From Patescibacteria group bacterium (GTDB lineage: Bacteria; Patescibacteriota; Saccharimonadia; Saccharimonadales; OMJO01), in NCBI GenBank assembly GCA_038064135.1, contig JBBTTS010000048.1, positions 1 to 36,527 of the forward strand: DNA of 36,527 bases, given 5' to 3'. Numbering within the stretch: position 1 is the stretch's first letter; the number at the start of each line of letters is the position of its first letter. The translations under genes were made by a program, and so were the position numbers. Positions 1 through 9,535 of this stretch are shown here, piece by piece. Under the pieces are notes generated by a model that was not told the origin of the DNA, searched no databases, and saw only the letters and a list, made by a program, of their open reading frames with translations.

Positions 1-314
1 CCAGGAAATTGGCCGGGTGTTTCTCGGGCTACAATATCGCACGGATCGGCTACCACGGCAACTAATTTTTTATCCCTAGAGGAGTTATCATAAAGTGGAC
101 TGACTGATTCATTTATAGATATCAAGGCAAAAGTTTTAGGACAATATGTAACTTCTTGATGAATTTTGCTTGCTTCGTTTGCTATACGGCGTGCCACGGA
201 CGGTTCTTGCTTAAATAAAAAATAAGCAAATCTTTCGGCGCTTCTTGGCCCAACACCTGGCAATGCCCCAAGGGCGTCAATTAATTCTTCGAGGGCTTTA
301 GGCAAGACTCGCAT
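1..314 (-). CDS. recR: Recombination protein RecR, 5' part (runs off window edge; not in ORF track)
   Basis: Manual translation from ATG 314: MRVLPKALEELIDALGALPGVGPRSAERFAYFL...CPKTFALI...SPLYDNSSRDKKLVAVVADP. LPGVGPRSAER is the RecR HhH motif; lies directly downstream of ybaB. Confidence 0.93.
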   Translation of the reverse strand, partial: MRVLPKALEELIDALGALPGVGPRSAERFAYFLFKQEPSVARRIANEASKIHQEVTYCPKTFALISINESVSPLYDNSSRDKKLVAVVADPCDIVARETPGQFP

Positions 315-334
315 TTGTTACGACTATTTCGACC

Positions 335-628
335 TTAGAGCCCTAAATCACCCAAAGCACCCATCATAGGTTGCATTTTTTCAGCGGCAACTTTTTGTGA
401 TTTACTTACTGCTTCTTTAACAGCATCTTCTAGCCATCTTTCTAGAACCCCGATGTCGTCTAAATCAATGCTTTCAGGGTCGATATGTATTTTTTTGATT
501 TTCTGGTCACCAGTTATCTCGACACGTATGGCTCCATCGCCTTTTTCGACGTTGATAACCATTTTTTCTAGCTCTTTTTGCAACTTTTTAACTTTTAACA
601 GCATTTTAGCTTGATCAAATCGGCTCAT
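335..628 (-). CDS. ybaB: YbaB/EbfC family nucleoid-associated protein
   Basis: MSRFDQAKMLLKVKKLQKELEK...GDGAIRVEITGDQKIKKIHIDPE pattern; adjacent to recR. Start moved from 712 to ATG 628 because AAGGAG lies just upstream. Confidence 0.9.
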   Translation of the reverse strand: MSRFDQAKMLLKVKKLQKELEKMVINVEKGDGAIRVEITGDQKIKKIHIDPESIDLDDIGVLERWLEDAVKEAVSKSQKVAAEKMQPMMGALGDLGL

Positions 629-660
629 AAAACTCCTTTTAGTGCTTTTATTGTAACAGA

Positions 661-1851
661 TTAGGGACGAGGTTGAACCATAGCTTTTTTTGTGGCCGGT
701 GAATTTGCCCAAGCCCGAAAATAGCGAGTTGTTTGAAATCCAACCGAACCAACCACAAGCGCCAGGCTCAGACTAAGAGTTATCGACTTTATGAATGGGT
801 TTTTCGGAAACACGGTTTGCCACTGTTGCATAATTAAAGCGAGTCCTAAAGTTATAACAACATAAATAAGCACAACAAACACCGGCATAAGTACAATGCT
901 CCCTAGGCCAGAAAATACACTGACAATGATGAAACTAACGACTAAAAACCAAAACCTGTCCAGTTTTTTTTGAAAAGATATGACGTACAAGCCAAGCATG
1001 CACAGAATTGTTAGCGTGGCATCGAGTATAGGTGTCGGGTTTAACCAGTAGGAAGGATTTATTTGGCGTTTGAAAAACAAGTGCTGAAACGGTAAGCCAA
1101 ACCCGTTAAAAAATGATTTTATACTGGGCAATTGTTCTGGAATTAACAAAAGCTCTAATAATGAGCTGGGGTTTGTGATTGTCCCCCAAACTAGGGGCAA
1201 AACACTGATTACTGCCACACTAACAAACCCTAGCATAAACCACAAAGGCTGTTCTTGCAGGACACTCAGTATTCGTCTGTATTGCCAAATAAGCAGGGGC
1301 ACTAGCAGCCACAATAAACCGGGAACGTAAATTAAAAGGCCAAAGCAGAGCAGCACACCTGCCAAGACTGTTTTATGTAGTTTTTTTCCGTATGCCAAAT
1401 GAGCGCAACCTGCCAGGAATAGAACGAAAACGAAAGGCAACATATCTGTTGTTCCGGACCTTCCGAAGTGTAGGGTAAAACTACTTGACGCGAACAATAA
1501 GGTGCCAAAAACAGCTATTCTTTTAGTGGCTATATGTATTAACAGTATAAAAAAGGCGATCACAGTACTACTTACGACTAATGCACTAGCGAATCTATTA
1601 ACAAATACTGACCTTTTATTGACTTTTTGCAATATTAACTGCGAAGAGTTGTACGGCGCATAAACCGGATTACTCATAATCATACTTAGGCTATGTTGCT
1701 TACTGACTATTTCTTGTTCTTTAGGTGAAACCCCAGGCGACAGACTACGCAGCCTAAACCCAAAAAGAGTCCACAGAATTATAGTGGTCGTAAGCCCGAT
1801 AAGAGCCACGCGCCACGACAGCGATGCTATTTTACCTACCCTGATACGCAT
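661..1851 (-). CDS. Polytopic membrane protein, possibly GT-C (ArnT/PMT-like) glycosyltransferase
   Basis: About 10 hydrophobic segments; N-terminal TM then loop with SPKE and NPVYAPY, later RFASAL, a layout typical of GT-C proteins. Family assignment is inference. Confidence 0.55.
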   Translation of the reverse strand: MRIRVGKIASLSWRVALIGLTTTIILWTLFGFRLRSLSPGVSPKEQEIVSKQHSLSMIMSNPVYAPYNSSQLILQKVNKRSVFVNRFASALVVSSTVIAFFILLIHIATKRIAVFGTLLFASSSFTLHFGRSGTTDMLPFVFVLFLAGCAHLAYGKKLHKTVLAGVLLCFGLLIYVPGLLWLLVPLLIWQYRRILSVLQEQPLWFMLGFVSVAVISVLPLVWGTITNPSSLLELLLIPEQLPSIKSFFNGFGLPFQHLFFKRQINPSYWLNPTPILDATLTILCMLGLYVISFQKKLDRFWFLVVSFIIVSVFSGLGSIVLMPVFVVLIYVVITLGLALIMQQWQTVFPKNPFIKSITLSLSLALVVGSVGFQTTRYFRAWANSPATKKAMVQPRP

Positions 1852-1881
1852 TTATCTATCAAGAGTATACGCCAGATGTAC

Positions 1882-3240
1882 CTAGCTGTCGAATGGAGTG
1901 GTGTGTTTTGTATCAAGACTACGAATTCTTTGTTTGTCCCGCTCAAAGTAAAGTTCTACAGCACCGGTCGGACCATTTCGATGCTTTTTGATAAAAATGT
2001 CCATGATATTTTTTCGATCAGAGTCAGGATTATAGTATTCTTCGCGGTAAATAAAACTGACAACATCGGCATCTTGTTCAATAGAACCTGACTCACGCAA
2101 ATCTTGCAGTTGCGGAATTTGAGGGCTGCGGCTTTCTACGGATCGGCTTAGCTGGCTAAGAGCAATTAACGGTACGTTCAGTTCCCTGGCAACGCCTTTT
2201 AGCCCCCTAGAAATTTCTGAAATTTCTTGCACTCGGTTTCCATCGCTACTAAATCGATTTCCACCACTCATGAGCTGTAAGTAATCCACAATGATGAGCC
2301 CTAGCGGCCTTGTGTGAGATTCGCGACGGGCTTTGGTGCGAAGGTCGCTAACAGTAATTGCTGGCGTATCATCGATAAAAATCGGCGCTTCACTAAGAGT
2401 GCCCATGGCCTGACCAATTTTTTCAAAATCACTGTCGCTTAGATTACCCGTACGAAGCGCCCAAGCGTCTACCCCTGACTCATTTGCCAACATTCGGTCG
2501 ACCAGTTGTTCTTTACTCATTTCTAGGCTAAATATCAATACCGGCGTAGAGGCTTTTACAGCTACGTTGTGCGCTAAGCTTAGTGCAAGTGCTGTTTTAC
2601 CCATCGATGGCCTGGCAGCCAAAATAATAAGGTCTGAACGCTGAAATCCAGCCAAAATGTTGTCTAAATCTTTAAAGCCTGTTGGAATTCCACGGATTTT
2701 ACCTTTGTCTTTATGGAGCTCATCTAATCTTTCAAAGCTTTCCTCTAAAATTGTCTCTAAACTAGCTATATCTTGCTTAACGTGCTGCTGACTGACCTCG
2801 AAAAGCTTAGTCTCAGCTTCTTCTACAAGCTCCTGAAGACTACGAGACTCATCGTAACCAAGGCTTACTATGTCTTGAGATGCTTTGATCAATCTTCGTC
2901 TTAAGGCTTTTTGGGCTACAATTTCAGCATACTGTTCGACGTGAGCGGCTGTAGGCACAAAGTTGGTTAATTCTGTGATATAACTTGCCCCACCCACCAT
3001 GTCGATAAACCCTGTAGTTTTTAGCTGATTGCTAAGTGTTAGTACATCTATAGGGCTGTGTTTGTCATAAAGCTGGACTACAGCTTCGAAAATTCGCTTG
3101 TGGCGTTCATCGTAAAAGTCACCGGGGTGTACAGTGTCGGCTATTTTAACAATAGCATCGGCATCAATTAGGAGTGCCCCAAGCAAACTAGCTTCGGCGT
3201 CGGTATTTTGAGGTGGAATAATAGATTCTTTTGGCTGCAT
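1882..3240 (-). CDS. dnaB: Replicative DNA helicase DnaB
   Basis: PPQN..AEASLLG N-terminus, AARPSMGKT Walker A, IVDYLQLM, LSQLSR, DLRESGSIEQDAD, KHRNGPTG. Confidence 0.98.
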   Translation of the reverse strand: MQPKESIIPPQNTDAEASLLGALLIDADAIVKIADTVHPGDFYDERHKRIFEAVVQLYDKHSPIDVLTLSNQLKTTGFIDMVGGASYITELTNFVPTAAHVEQYAEIVAQKALRRRLIKASQDIVSLGYDESRSLQELVEEAETKLFEVSQQHVKQDIASLETILEESFERLDELHKDKGKIRGIPTGFKDLDNILAGFQRSDLIILAARPSMGKTALALSLAHNVAVKASTPVLIFSLEMSKEQLVDRMLANESGVDAWALRTGNLSDSDFEKIGQAMGTLSEAPIFIDDTPAITVSDLRTKARRESHTRPLGLIIVDYLQLMSGGNRFSSDGNRVQEISEISRGLKGVARELNVPLIALSQLSRSVESRSPQIPQLQDLRESGSIEQDADVVSFIYREEYYNPDSDRKNIMDIFIKKHRNGPTGAVELYFERDKQRIRSLDTKHTTPFDS

Positions 3241-3256
3241 GAATTTAATTCTTTAC

Positions 3257-4678
3257 TTAGGATTCTAGCACCTCGCCGCCGCCAAAAATATTGCTAATGG
3301 TAGCAACTGTGTCACTATCAGAGTTTTTTTGGGGTTCGCTAGCTGGTGGTTCAATATCTAAACTAGAAACAATTTCATAAGATTGATCACTAAATTTTTC
3401 AAGCTGTTCGGCGATGATTGTTAGGTTTTTAGAATCGCTGAGGCGTTTTTGATGGAATGGAAACTTAGCATAGAGTGTTAATTTGTTATCCTCAAACTCA
3501 GGACGTACCATACGTAAAAAGCTGTACAAGGTGTTGTGGTTCGATTTTATTGCTGCTAAAACCTTTTGCCAAGTTTCCAGCATTTCAGGCAATATTGATC
3601 CTAATGTTTCTAGCTCATTGTTTGGTTGTTCGACCCCCATTATTAGCGGTGGAACGGTTTCGCTAACGATTGCTGGAGCTTGAATAACTTCAGGTAATGT
3701 TTCGTCGACAACGACATTTTTTAACGCAGCGCCAACACATACTATCTCCAATTCGGTTTCAGGAGCCTGAGAATAACCAACAGCTAATAGTTGCTTAGAT
3801 ATTTCTGTATATTCATTTGTTAAATTTACTGGCAGATTTCCTTCAACTGTCTCTGTTCGCAGGTAATTTAATAGTTGGTGCGCAACAGCCGCTGGTAATA
3901 TACCTTGCTGGCGTATTTTTGCAAGTACCTGGTAAACGTCTTTGGGCTTATTTGACAGCGAATTATAAAGTTCTATCAAAAGCCCTTTAGGTGCAATACC
4001 TAAAAATTGCTCTACGTCACTACTGACTATTTTACCTTCTCTTAATCCCCTGATTTGGTCTAACATGCTTATTGCGTCACGAAAAGAACCATTGGCGTGT
4101 TCAGCAATAATATTAAGAGCCGACTCGTCAATTATTAAATTCTCTTTTTTAGCAATACCTGCAAGATGTTCGGCAAGAACTTGCACGTCTATATGCTTAA
4201 AACTAAATCGCTGGGTCCGGCTAATTATTGTTTCAGGTACTTTATGCGCCTCGGTTGTGGCTAAAATAAAAACTACGTGAGCTGGGGGTTCTTCCAAAGT
4301 TTTAAGAAGTGCATTAAATGCCTCTTTGGTCAGCATATGTACTTCATCAATGATGTACACCTTGTATTTTGCGCTGGTAGGTGCGATATGAACTTTATCG
4401 CGCAGATCACGTATTTCATCAATCCGTCGATTACTGGCAGCATCTATCTCTATAATATCTAGGTGGCTGTTTCCTAGCTCATACGCAAGATGATTTATCT
4501 GATATGCCAAGATCCTAGCTACAGATGTTTTGCCGACACCACGAGGCCCAGTAAACAAATAAGCATGTGCAATATTTCCATTTTTTAGGGCATTTTTAAG
4601 TGTAGTTGTAATATGCGGCTGCCCAACAACGTCATCAAATGACGCCGAACGATATTTTCGGTACAACACCTCACTCAT
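3257..4678 (-). CDS. dnaX: DNA polymerase III subunit gamma/tau
   Basis: LYRKYRS, GPRGVGKT, IEIDAAS, IIDEVHML, NALLKTLEEPP, TIISRTQ. Confidence 0.97.
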   Translation of the reverse strand: MSEVLYRKYRSASFDDVVGQPHITTTLKNALKNGNIAHAYLFTGPRGVGKTSVARILAYQINHLAYELGNSHLDIIEIDAASNRRIDEIRDLRDKVHIAPTSAKYKVYIIDEVHMLTKEAFNALLKTLEEPPAHVVFILATTEAHKVPETIISRTQRFSFKHIDVQVLAEHLAGIAKKENLIIDESALNIIAEHANGSFRDAISMLDQIRGLREGKIVSSDVEQFLGIAPKGLLIELYNSLSNKPKDVYQVLAKIRQQGILPAAVAHQLLNYLRTETVEGNLPVNLTNEYTEISKQLLAVGYSQAPETELEIVCVGAALKNVVVDETLPEVIQAPAIVSETVPPLIMGVEQPNNELETLGSILPEMLETWQKVLAAIKSNHNTLYSFLRMVRPEFEDNKLTLYAKFPFHQKRLSDSKNLTIIAEQLEKFSDQSYEIVSSLDIEPPASEPQKNSDSDTVATISNIFGGGEVLES

Positions 4679-4744
4679 ACTGAGTTACATTATATAAACA
4701 AAACTGCACTAGGTGTGTTGTGTAATTAGCTTAAATGTTGAAAG

Positions 4745-5257
4745 TTATAGCGCAGCTTCGAGGGCAGCCCATTCGGAGTGAGCATCATCTTCGGGCACGT
4801 TAACACTCACCTGATCTCCTGGCTTGGCTTTAAAGTAGGTAACGCTTGCTAAAAGTACCCGGTAGTTTTTACCATTCACGTCAACGAAATAGTGACCATT
4901 TTCTTGTTTTAATCCACCAACAACTTGCTTACGAGGTATTGGACCTATCTGCTTATACATGAAAGAGCCGTCGTCAGCTATAGTGAGTTTTAGGATATCG
5001 CCCTGAACCAACTTAGATTTACTAGCGTAGTTTGCTGGAACTGGATAGGTTTTGCCATCACTGCCCATCATGTTTTGACCATCAAAGACACCCTCGATCA
5101 CTTTGCCGAGGATTTCTTCTTTAAGATTTACAGTAGAAACTATGTCGTCATCGCCAATCACACTAACAAGTAGCTCTTTTGCAGCGGCAAGGCTAGTCTC
5201 GGCTTCGGCAATTAATGTCCTAAGGCGTTTTATTTGTTTCTCTGGAAGGTCGGCCAT
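4745..5257 (-). CDS. Hypothetical protein (N-terminal coiled coil, beta-rich body)
   Basis: 170-aa ORF with IEGVFDGQNM, YPVPANYASKSKLV, YKQIGP, YRVLLASVTYF; from recall, a family found downstream of rplL in CPR genomes. Function unknown. Confidence 0.75.
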   Translation of the reverse strand: MADLPEKQIKRLRTLIAEAETSLAAAKELLVSVIGDDDIVSTVNLKEEILGKVIEGVFDGQNMMGSDGKTYPVPANYASKSKLVQGDILKLTIADDGSFMYKQIGPIPRKQVVGGLKQENGHYFVDVNGKNYRVLLASVTYFKAKPGDQVSVNVPEDDAHSEWAALEAAL

Positions 5258-5344
5258 TTTTTCCCTTTATTTGCTCCCTTTTCATCCATACCGTATCACG
5301 AGTCCCCCTGGAAGTCAAAATTTCAAGTTAAAAATCTGTGGATA

Positions 5345-5376
5345 AAAAAACCGCCACAAAATCGTAGCGGTTTTTT
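5345..5376 (-). terminator. Intrinsic terminator after rplJ-rplL (possibly bidirectional)
   Basis: Minus strand CCGCTAC-GATTTT-GTGGCGG-TTTTTTT, with A/T runs on both sides. Confidence 0.8.
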
Positions 5377-5400
5377 ACTTGAAAAAGTTTGAGTTTTACT

Positions 5401-5784
5401 TTAAGCAAGCTCGACAGTTGCGCCGGCTTCTTCGAGTACTTTTTTGGCGTTTTCAGCGTCTTCTTTCTTTGCTTTTTCAAGAACAGTCTTTGGGACACCG
5501 TCAACAATAGCTTTAGCTTCACCAAGACCTAGCCCAGTTACGTCTTTAACAGCCTTAATCACTGCTACTTTTTGTGCACCGGCGTCTTTAAGTACAACGT
5601 CGTACTCGGCTTTGCCTTCATCGGCTGCTGGAGCATCTGCACCTGCAGCTGCTGGACCGGCTGCTACTGCAACCGCTGCCGCCGGTTCGATACCGTATTC
5701 GTCTTTTAAAATTTTACCTAGTTCATTTACTTCCAAAACACTGAGATTAACCAGTTGTTCTGCGAATTTCTTTAAATCTGCCAT
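5401..5784 (-). CDS. rplL: 50S ribosomal protein L7/L12
   Basis: LSVLEVNEL, Ala-rich hinge, [28 protein letters not shown]; AAGGAG upstream. Confidence 0.98.
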   Translation of the reverse strand: MADLKKFAEQLVNLSVLEVNELGKILKDEYGIEPAAAVAVAAGPAAAGADAPAADEGKAEYDVVLKDAGAQKVAVIKAVKDVTGLGLGEAKAIVDGVPKTVLEKAKKEDAENAKKVLEEAGATVELA

Positions 5785-5798
5785 ATTGTCTCCTTTAA

Positions 5799-6320
5799 TT
5801 AATTAGCTTTGGCTTCTAGTGCGTTCAAAAGGCCATGCAAATTACCTTGTAGGCCACTAATTACCTCCCGAACCGGTGAGTTCAGAATGTTAATGATACC
5901 GGCAATTATTTGCGGTTTGCTTGGCAACGCAGCCAGGGCTTTTACTTCGTCTGCGTTTATAAAATTACCTTCGGTGGTTATTGCCCCGACAAATTGCAAC
6001 GAATCTTGTGTCTTGGCAAAGTTGGCGATAACTTGGGCTGGCGCTACTTCGTCCTGGCTGTTAAAAGCGTATAACAGCATGCCCGTAAGTTGACTTGTAT
6101 CGACAGCTTTAAGTAAATCACTCGACTGAAGTGCCTTAATTACTAATCGATTTTTAACAACCTGCAGGGTTGTGCAGTTATCTTTGGCTTGCCTTCGTAA
6201 TTGCTGTAAAGCCTTAACCGGTGTACCTTTGTACGCAGTAACAACAGTCATCTTAGAACTAGCCAATAGTTGGCTAATTTCTTCAACGACTTCGTTTTTT
6301 TTATGCTTCGTTAATGCCAT
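5799..6320 (-). CDS. rplJ: 50S ribosomal protein L10
   Basis: [28 protein letters not shown]; directly upstream of rplL. Confidence 0.97.
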   Translation of the reverse strand: MALTKHKKNEVVEEISQLLASSKMTVVTAYKGTPVKALQQLRRQAKDNCTTLQVVKNRLVIKALQSSDLLKAVDTSQLTGMLLYAFNSQDEVAPAQVIANFAKTQDSLQFVGAITTEGNFINADEVKALAALPSKPQIIAGIINILNSPVREVISGLQGNLHGLLNALEAKAN

Positions 6321-6374
6321 TTAGGTTATTCCTTTATTGGTTTAAAAATTCTCGACCTGAATTTTATAAGAACT

Positions 6375-6502
6375 AAAAAAGTCTTTGGGCTTACCAAAGA
6401 CTCACAGTTCGAGGTTTGTGCTCAAAAACAAAAATGCTGTTGATTGGCCTCGGTGACATTCTTATGTTCGCTCTCGCGCTCGTCACGGTCTTTGGTAAAT
6501 CC
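6375..6502 (-). promoter_or_regulatory. L10 leader (autoregulatory attenuator)
   Basis: Minus strand CCAAAGACCGTGAC...GTCACCGAGG resembles the L10-binding core. Terminator hairpin 6381-6401 with U-tract 6375-6380. Segment 6488-6498 is an 11-nt perfect complement of 6391-6401 (antiterminator). Confidence 0.85.
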
Positions 6503-6507
6503 ATAGC

Positions 6508-6536
6508 ATTATATCCTATCAACAGATTGGGGTCAA
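6508..6536 (-). promoter_or_regulatory. sigma70 promoter of rplJL
   Basis: TTGACC-N17-TATAAT on minus strand directly upstream of the leader. Confidence 0.85.
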
Positions 6537-6559
6537 GGGTAGGCTGAAATCTCATTAGC

Positions 6560-6588
6560 TTGACATGAACATTTCATTGGCGTATATT
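6560..6588 (+). promoter_or_regulatory. sigma70 promoter divergent from rplJL
   Basis: TTGACA (6560-6565)-N17-TATATT (6583-6588). Confidence 0.75.
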
Positions 6589-6594
6589 CTGATT

Positions 6595-6870
6595 TCGTGA
6601 GTTACTTCAACTACAAATTTGCAAAAACAACGGCAACCCGCCCCGGCGGTCTGTTGCTCGTGATTTGCTAATTAGTAGTTGGAGTACTAGTTTAAAAGAA
6701 CTTAAATACCGGTCTCCAGCAAAGATGGACACCGGTATTTTAATACTCGCCAAGCGGAAGTAATTAAATTAATTAATCTGCTTGGGGAGTATTAACTCCT
6801 ACCATTTCCCGCGGGGGGACTTGGTTTCCAGCCTCTGGCAACAATTTTTGCCAGACGAACTTTGGAGGAA
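6595..6870 (+). ncRNA. Putative long structured leader or ncRNA of unknown family
   Basis: Consecutive hairpins: TACTTCAACTAC/GTAGTTGGAGTA enclosing GCAAA/TTTGC, GCAAC/GTTGC, CCGCC/GGCGG; AAATACCGGT/ACCGGTATTT; AATACTC.CCAAGCGGA/TCTGCTTGG.GAGTATT; TCTGGCAA/TTGCCAGA. Confidence 0.5.
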
Positions 6871-6874
6871 TAGA

Positions 6875-7096
6875 ATGTGTGGCCTTTTTGCAAGTGATGC
6901 TGTTCGAGATGCAGCTGCAGAGTGGGACGCTGGCAACCACGAGAAAGCACGATACATTCTCTGTTTGGCACGCGAGACACTTTCGATGGCGCGAATCTGC
7001 CAGCTGCTCGGAATCGAGCGAACTCGCCAGATTTACGGCCTCGTAATCGTAATAAATCGTGGTAAGTCAGTTCGATTCATCGAGTACGCGAGTTAA
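6875..7096 (+). CDS. Small hypothetical protein (73 aa)
   Basis: In-frame part of track ORF 6782..7096; GGAGG at 6864-6868 lies 6 nt before ATG 6875. No recognisable motif. Confidence 0.5.
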   Translation: MCGLFASDAVRDAAAEWDAGNHEKARYILCLARETLSMARICQLLGIERTRQIYGLVIVINRGKSVRFIEYAS

Positions 7097-7207
7097 TTGT
7101 TAGCATGGCCACGGGGCTAGGCTTGTAGGTCTGTCGACCTCGCCGAAAAGGAGTATTATCTCCCTGCCCCTTGCCACTACAATTAAACCCTATTCCTCCA
7201 AATTAAC

Positions 7208-9535
7208 TTATTCGATGTGCTGCAACTTTTGCTGGGTGTAGCGTTCTGCAGCTAATCGTGTTAGTTCGGGGTCTTCGTCGCTATTTACAAATTTCATTGA
7301 TTCGCCAATTAATGGGTGTACTTCGCAAAGTTTTTCATGCATTAAATTTACCAACTTTCGGTAACCCGGATGGCCTTGTGGCGTAGTGCGTAGTTCGTGA
7401 TGGTGAAATGCTTGCCTGGCGTTATATGTTACCTTCCATCGCATTTTGTGCCCTAAAAGAGTTGCGTATTGAGCCTCTAACAGATAGCCTGCTGACTGTA
7501 AATTACTGTAAAGCTCTAAACTAATGTCAAAGCAATCCTGATAAATTTCTTGTAAACTAGCTTTTTCGATTAATTCTGGAATTTCGTAGCCCATACGCGG
7601 CGATAACTGCTGCCATTCCAGTGCGTCAACAATGCGGTGTCTTTGTAGGTCACGAAAAATACCATAGTCGCACACTAAATCCCAGCTGTAGTGAGCTTTT
7701 TCGATGGCACGTCCAGGCTTGTGGCGCCTATTAAATCGCTCGCCAAAATATGTTTTAAAGGCTTTTTCACGTTTTTGGTAGCTCCAACCTGAAATTTCTT
7801 TTTTTAATTCTTCTAGCGATAAATCACTGTGTTCATATAATATATCGGGTAATAGGTCTAGCTCATTTTTCGGCCAATATTCGTTTAATCTGACTGGTTC
7901 GGAAAAGTCAGTAGTTCTTGATTTAATATTATTATTTACAGTTGCTTTTACGGCCTGAAAGGTTTCAGCGCGGTAACCTTGCCAAGCTAAACCTCTTTCT
8001 GGTATGTCAGCCCTTTCTAGAAATACTGGTATAGATTTTCGAGCTTCGGCAAGTAAATTTTGGCCCACTTCGTTCGCTTCGGGTAATTCATCGCTTCTTA
8101 GGTGCATAATCAAACTTTCCAGGGCTTGACCTGATGCGAAAATTCCTACTGTAGAAGTTGTTGCTACTGGCAGGACAGGGCGTGCTGCGTCACAGGCTTG
8201 CGCTCTGGTGGCGGCTTTCCAAGCTGTGTCACGATTTTCGGCTGACTCAGTACTTGTTTTTCTGACGTAATCTGTCAACTTGTGGACAAGCTCGGAATAT
8301 TTATCGAATATTGTGTCCATTTGTATTTTATAATTGTTTTTAACACTATCTTTTAAATAAGCAGGCGTGAAATATTTATAATTACCGTTTTGGTCTTTTT
8401 GGTCGAAAAATATGTACCTCGTGCTTTGTTCTAGGTAAGCCGCTAAACGACCCCATTCCAATTTTTTAGTTAGTAAATTCGAAGCGTTTTCGACAACCAG
8501 GTGCTGGCCAACCAACTGCTGTACAGAATCATCGCCATATGCCGTAATTACGCGATTCAGTAACTGCTGGTCTTTTCCGTTTCGTTCGGTAAATTCATCT
8601 AAAATAGTGATTCGCATATCATCCCCCCGTCGACTCAGTCTGGCCATGGCTGCGGCTATAGTTGAAGTACTCAGTTTGTCGGTGAACCCATAAACATTAC
8701 TATCGATATTTGTTACCGTATTCTCTAAGTATTTGTATCCACTCGGTGTTATTTTGTAAGTCCCGTTTTTAAGTTTTTCTAGATATGGATCTGTAGGAAT
8801 GTTTTGCGTGAAAGTTATAGGTGGTGCTTGCAGCGGTGCGGAATTTAGGGGTTTTTTTTGCAATATTTCAGCAACACTGGCAGCTGGTGTTTCATGTTTA
8901 GCGGCTTGTCTGGTCGCCAAGACTGGTGTGACTAGTTGCCAGATATCATCAGTAATTTCTTCAATTGATTTTGTAGCAAAAACTACTGGAAAATTACGCT
9001 TTTTAGCTTCTAGTAAATATCCCGTTCGACAACGTTCTAAAAATTCCACATCAAGGTTGTCAAATCTTTCAGCACTAAACCGGCTGCGTGTTCGCTCTTG
9101 AATAACGTTCACAGGTGCATCTAAAATAACCGTCAGATCAGGTTCATTCTCGCCGACAGCAAATTTTATTATTTGCTCGATACTTTCGTAGCTAGCAATA
9201 TCACCTCTACCATAAAACTGCATAACCAAAGTGGATAAATAACTTCTGTCTACCAAGCAAATTATGCCAGAATCAACACACTGCCTAATAACGTCCAAAG
9301 ACAGTGCTCGGGCGGCATTATAAAGTAGTACCTCGGATTTTGTATTTAAGGGGTAATGTGGGTCTTGAGTAATCTGCCTAATGGCTCGGGCCGTCAGATG
9401 ACTTTGACTGTCGGGTTCACGTAGCAATCTAACAGGTAATCCAGCACTCTTTAAGCGATTAGCTAGGTGACCAAGCTGAACGGTCTTGCCTACGCCTTGG
9501 GGCCCTTCTAAAACTATGTATTTGCCTTTATTCAT
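7208..9535 (-). CDS. thyX: Fusion of thymidylate kinase (Tmk) and tandem-domain FAD-dependent thymidylate synthase (ThyX type)
   Basis: N-terminal YIVLEGPQGVGKT, LREP, LLYNAARA, DRSYLS (Tmk); C-terminal ARLSR, YGDDSV, LEQSTRY, DAARPVLP, RDLQRHR, ELRT (duplicated Thy1 type). Confidence 0.88.
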   Translation of the reverse strand: MNKGKYIVLEGPQGVGKTVQLGHLANRLKSAGLPVRLLREPDSQSHLTARAIRQITQDPHYPLNTKSEVLLYNAARALSLDVIRQCVDSGIICLVDRSYLSTLVMQFYGRGDIASYESIEQIIKFAVGENEPDLTVILDAPVNVIQERTRSRFSAERFDNLDVEFLERCRTGYLLEAKKRNFPVVFATKSIEEITDDIWQLVTPVLATRQAAKHETPAASVAEILQKKPLNSAPLQAPPITFTQNIPTDPYLEKLKNGTYKITPSGYKYLENTVTNIDSNVYGFTDKLSTSTIAAAMARLSRRGDDMRITILDEFTERNGKDQQLLNRVITAYGDDSVQQLVGQHLVVENASNLLTKKLEWGRLAAYLEQSTRYIFFDQKDQNGNYKYFTPAYLKDSVKNNYKIQMDTIFDKYSELVHKLTDYVRKTSTESAENRDTAWKAATRAQACDAARPVLPVATTSTVGIFASGQALESLIMHLRSDELPEANEVGQNLLAEARKSIPVFLERADIPERGLAWQGYRAETFQAVKATVNNNIKSRTTDFSEPVRLNEYWPKNELDLLPDILYEHSDLSLEELKKEISGWSYQKREKAFKTYFGERFNRRHKPGRAIEKAHYSWDLVCDYGIFRDLQRHRIVDALEWQQLSPRMGYEIPELIEKASLQEIYQDCFDISLELYSNLQSAGYLLEAQYATLLGHKMRWKVTYNARQAFHHHELRTTPQGHPGYRKLVNLMHEKLCEVHPLIGESMKFVNSDEDPELTRLAAERYTQQKLQHIE

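Noticed and set aside
4745-5257. Second L7/L12 gene
   Set aside because: No L7/L12 motifs; the true rplL is at 5401-5784.
6595-7190. tmRNA, RNase P, SRP RNA or retron msr-msd
   Set aside because: No tRNA-like ends, GAGGAAAGUCC or SRP loop signature was seen, and no reverse transcriptase is nearby.
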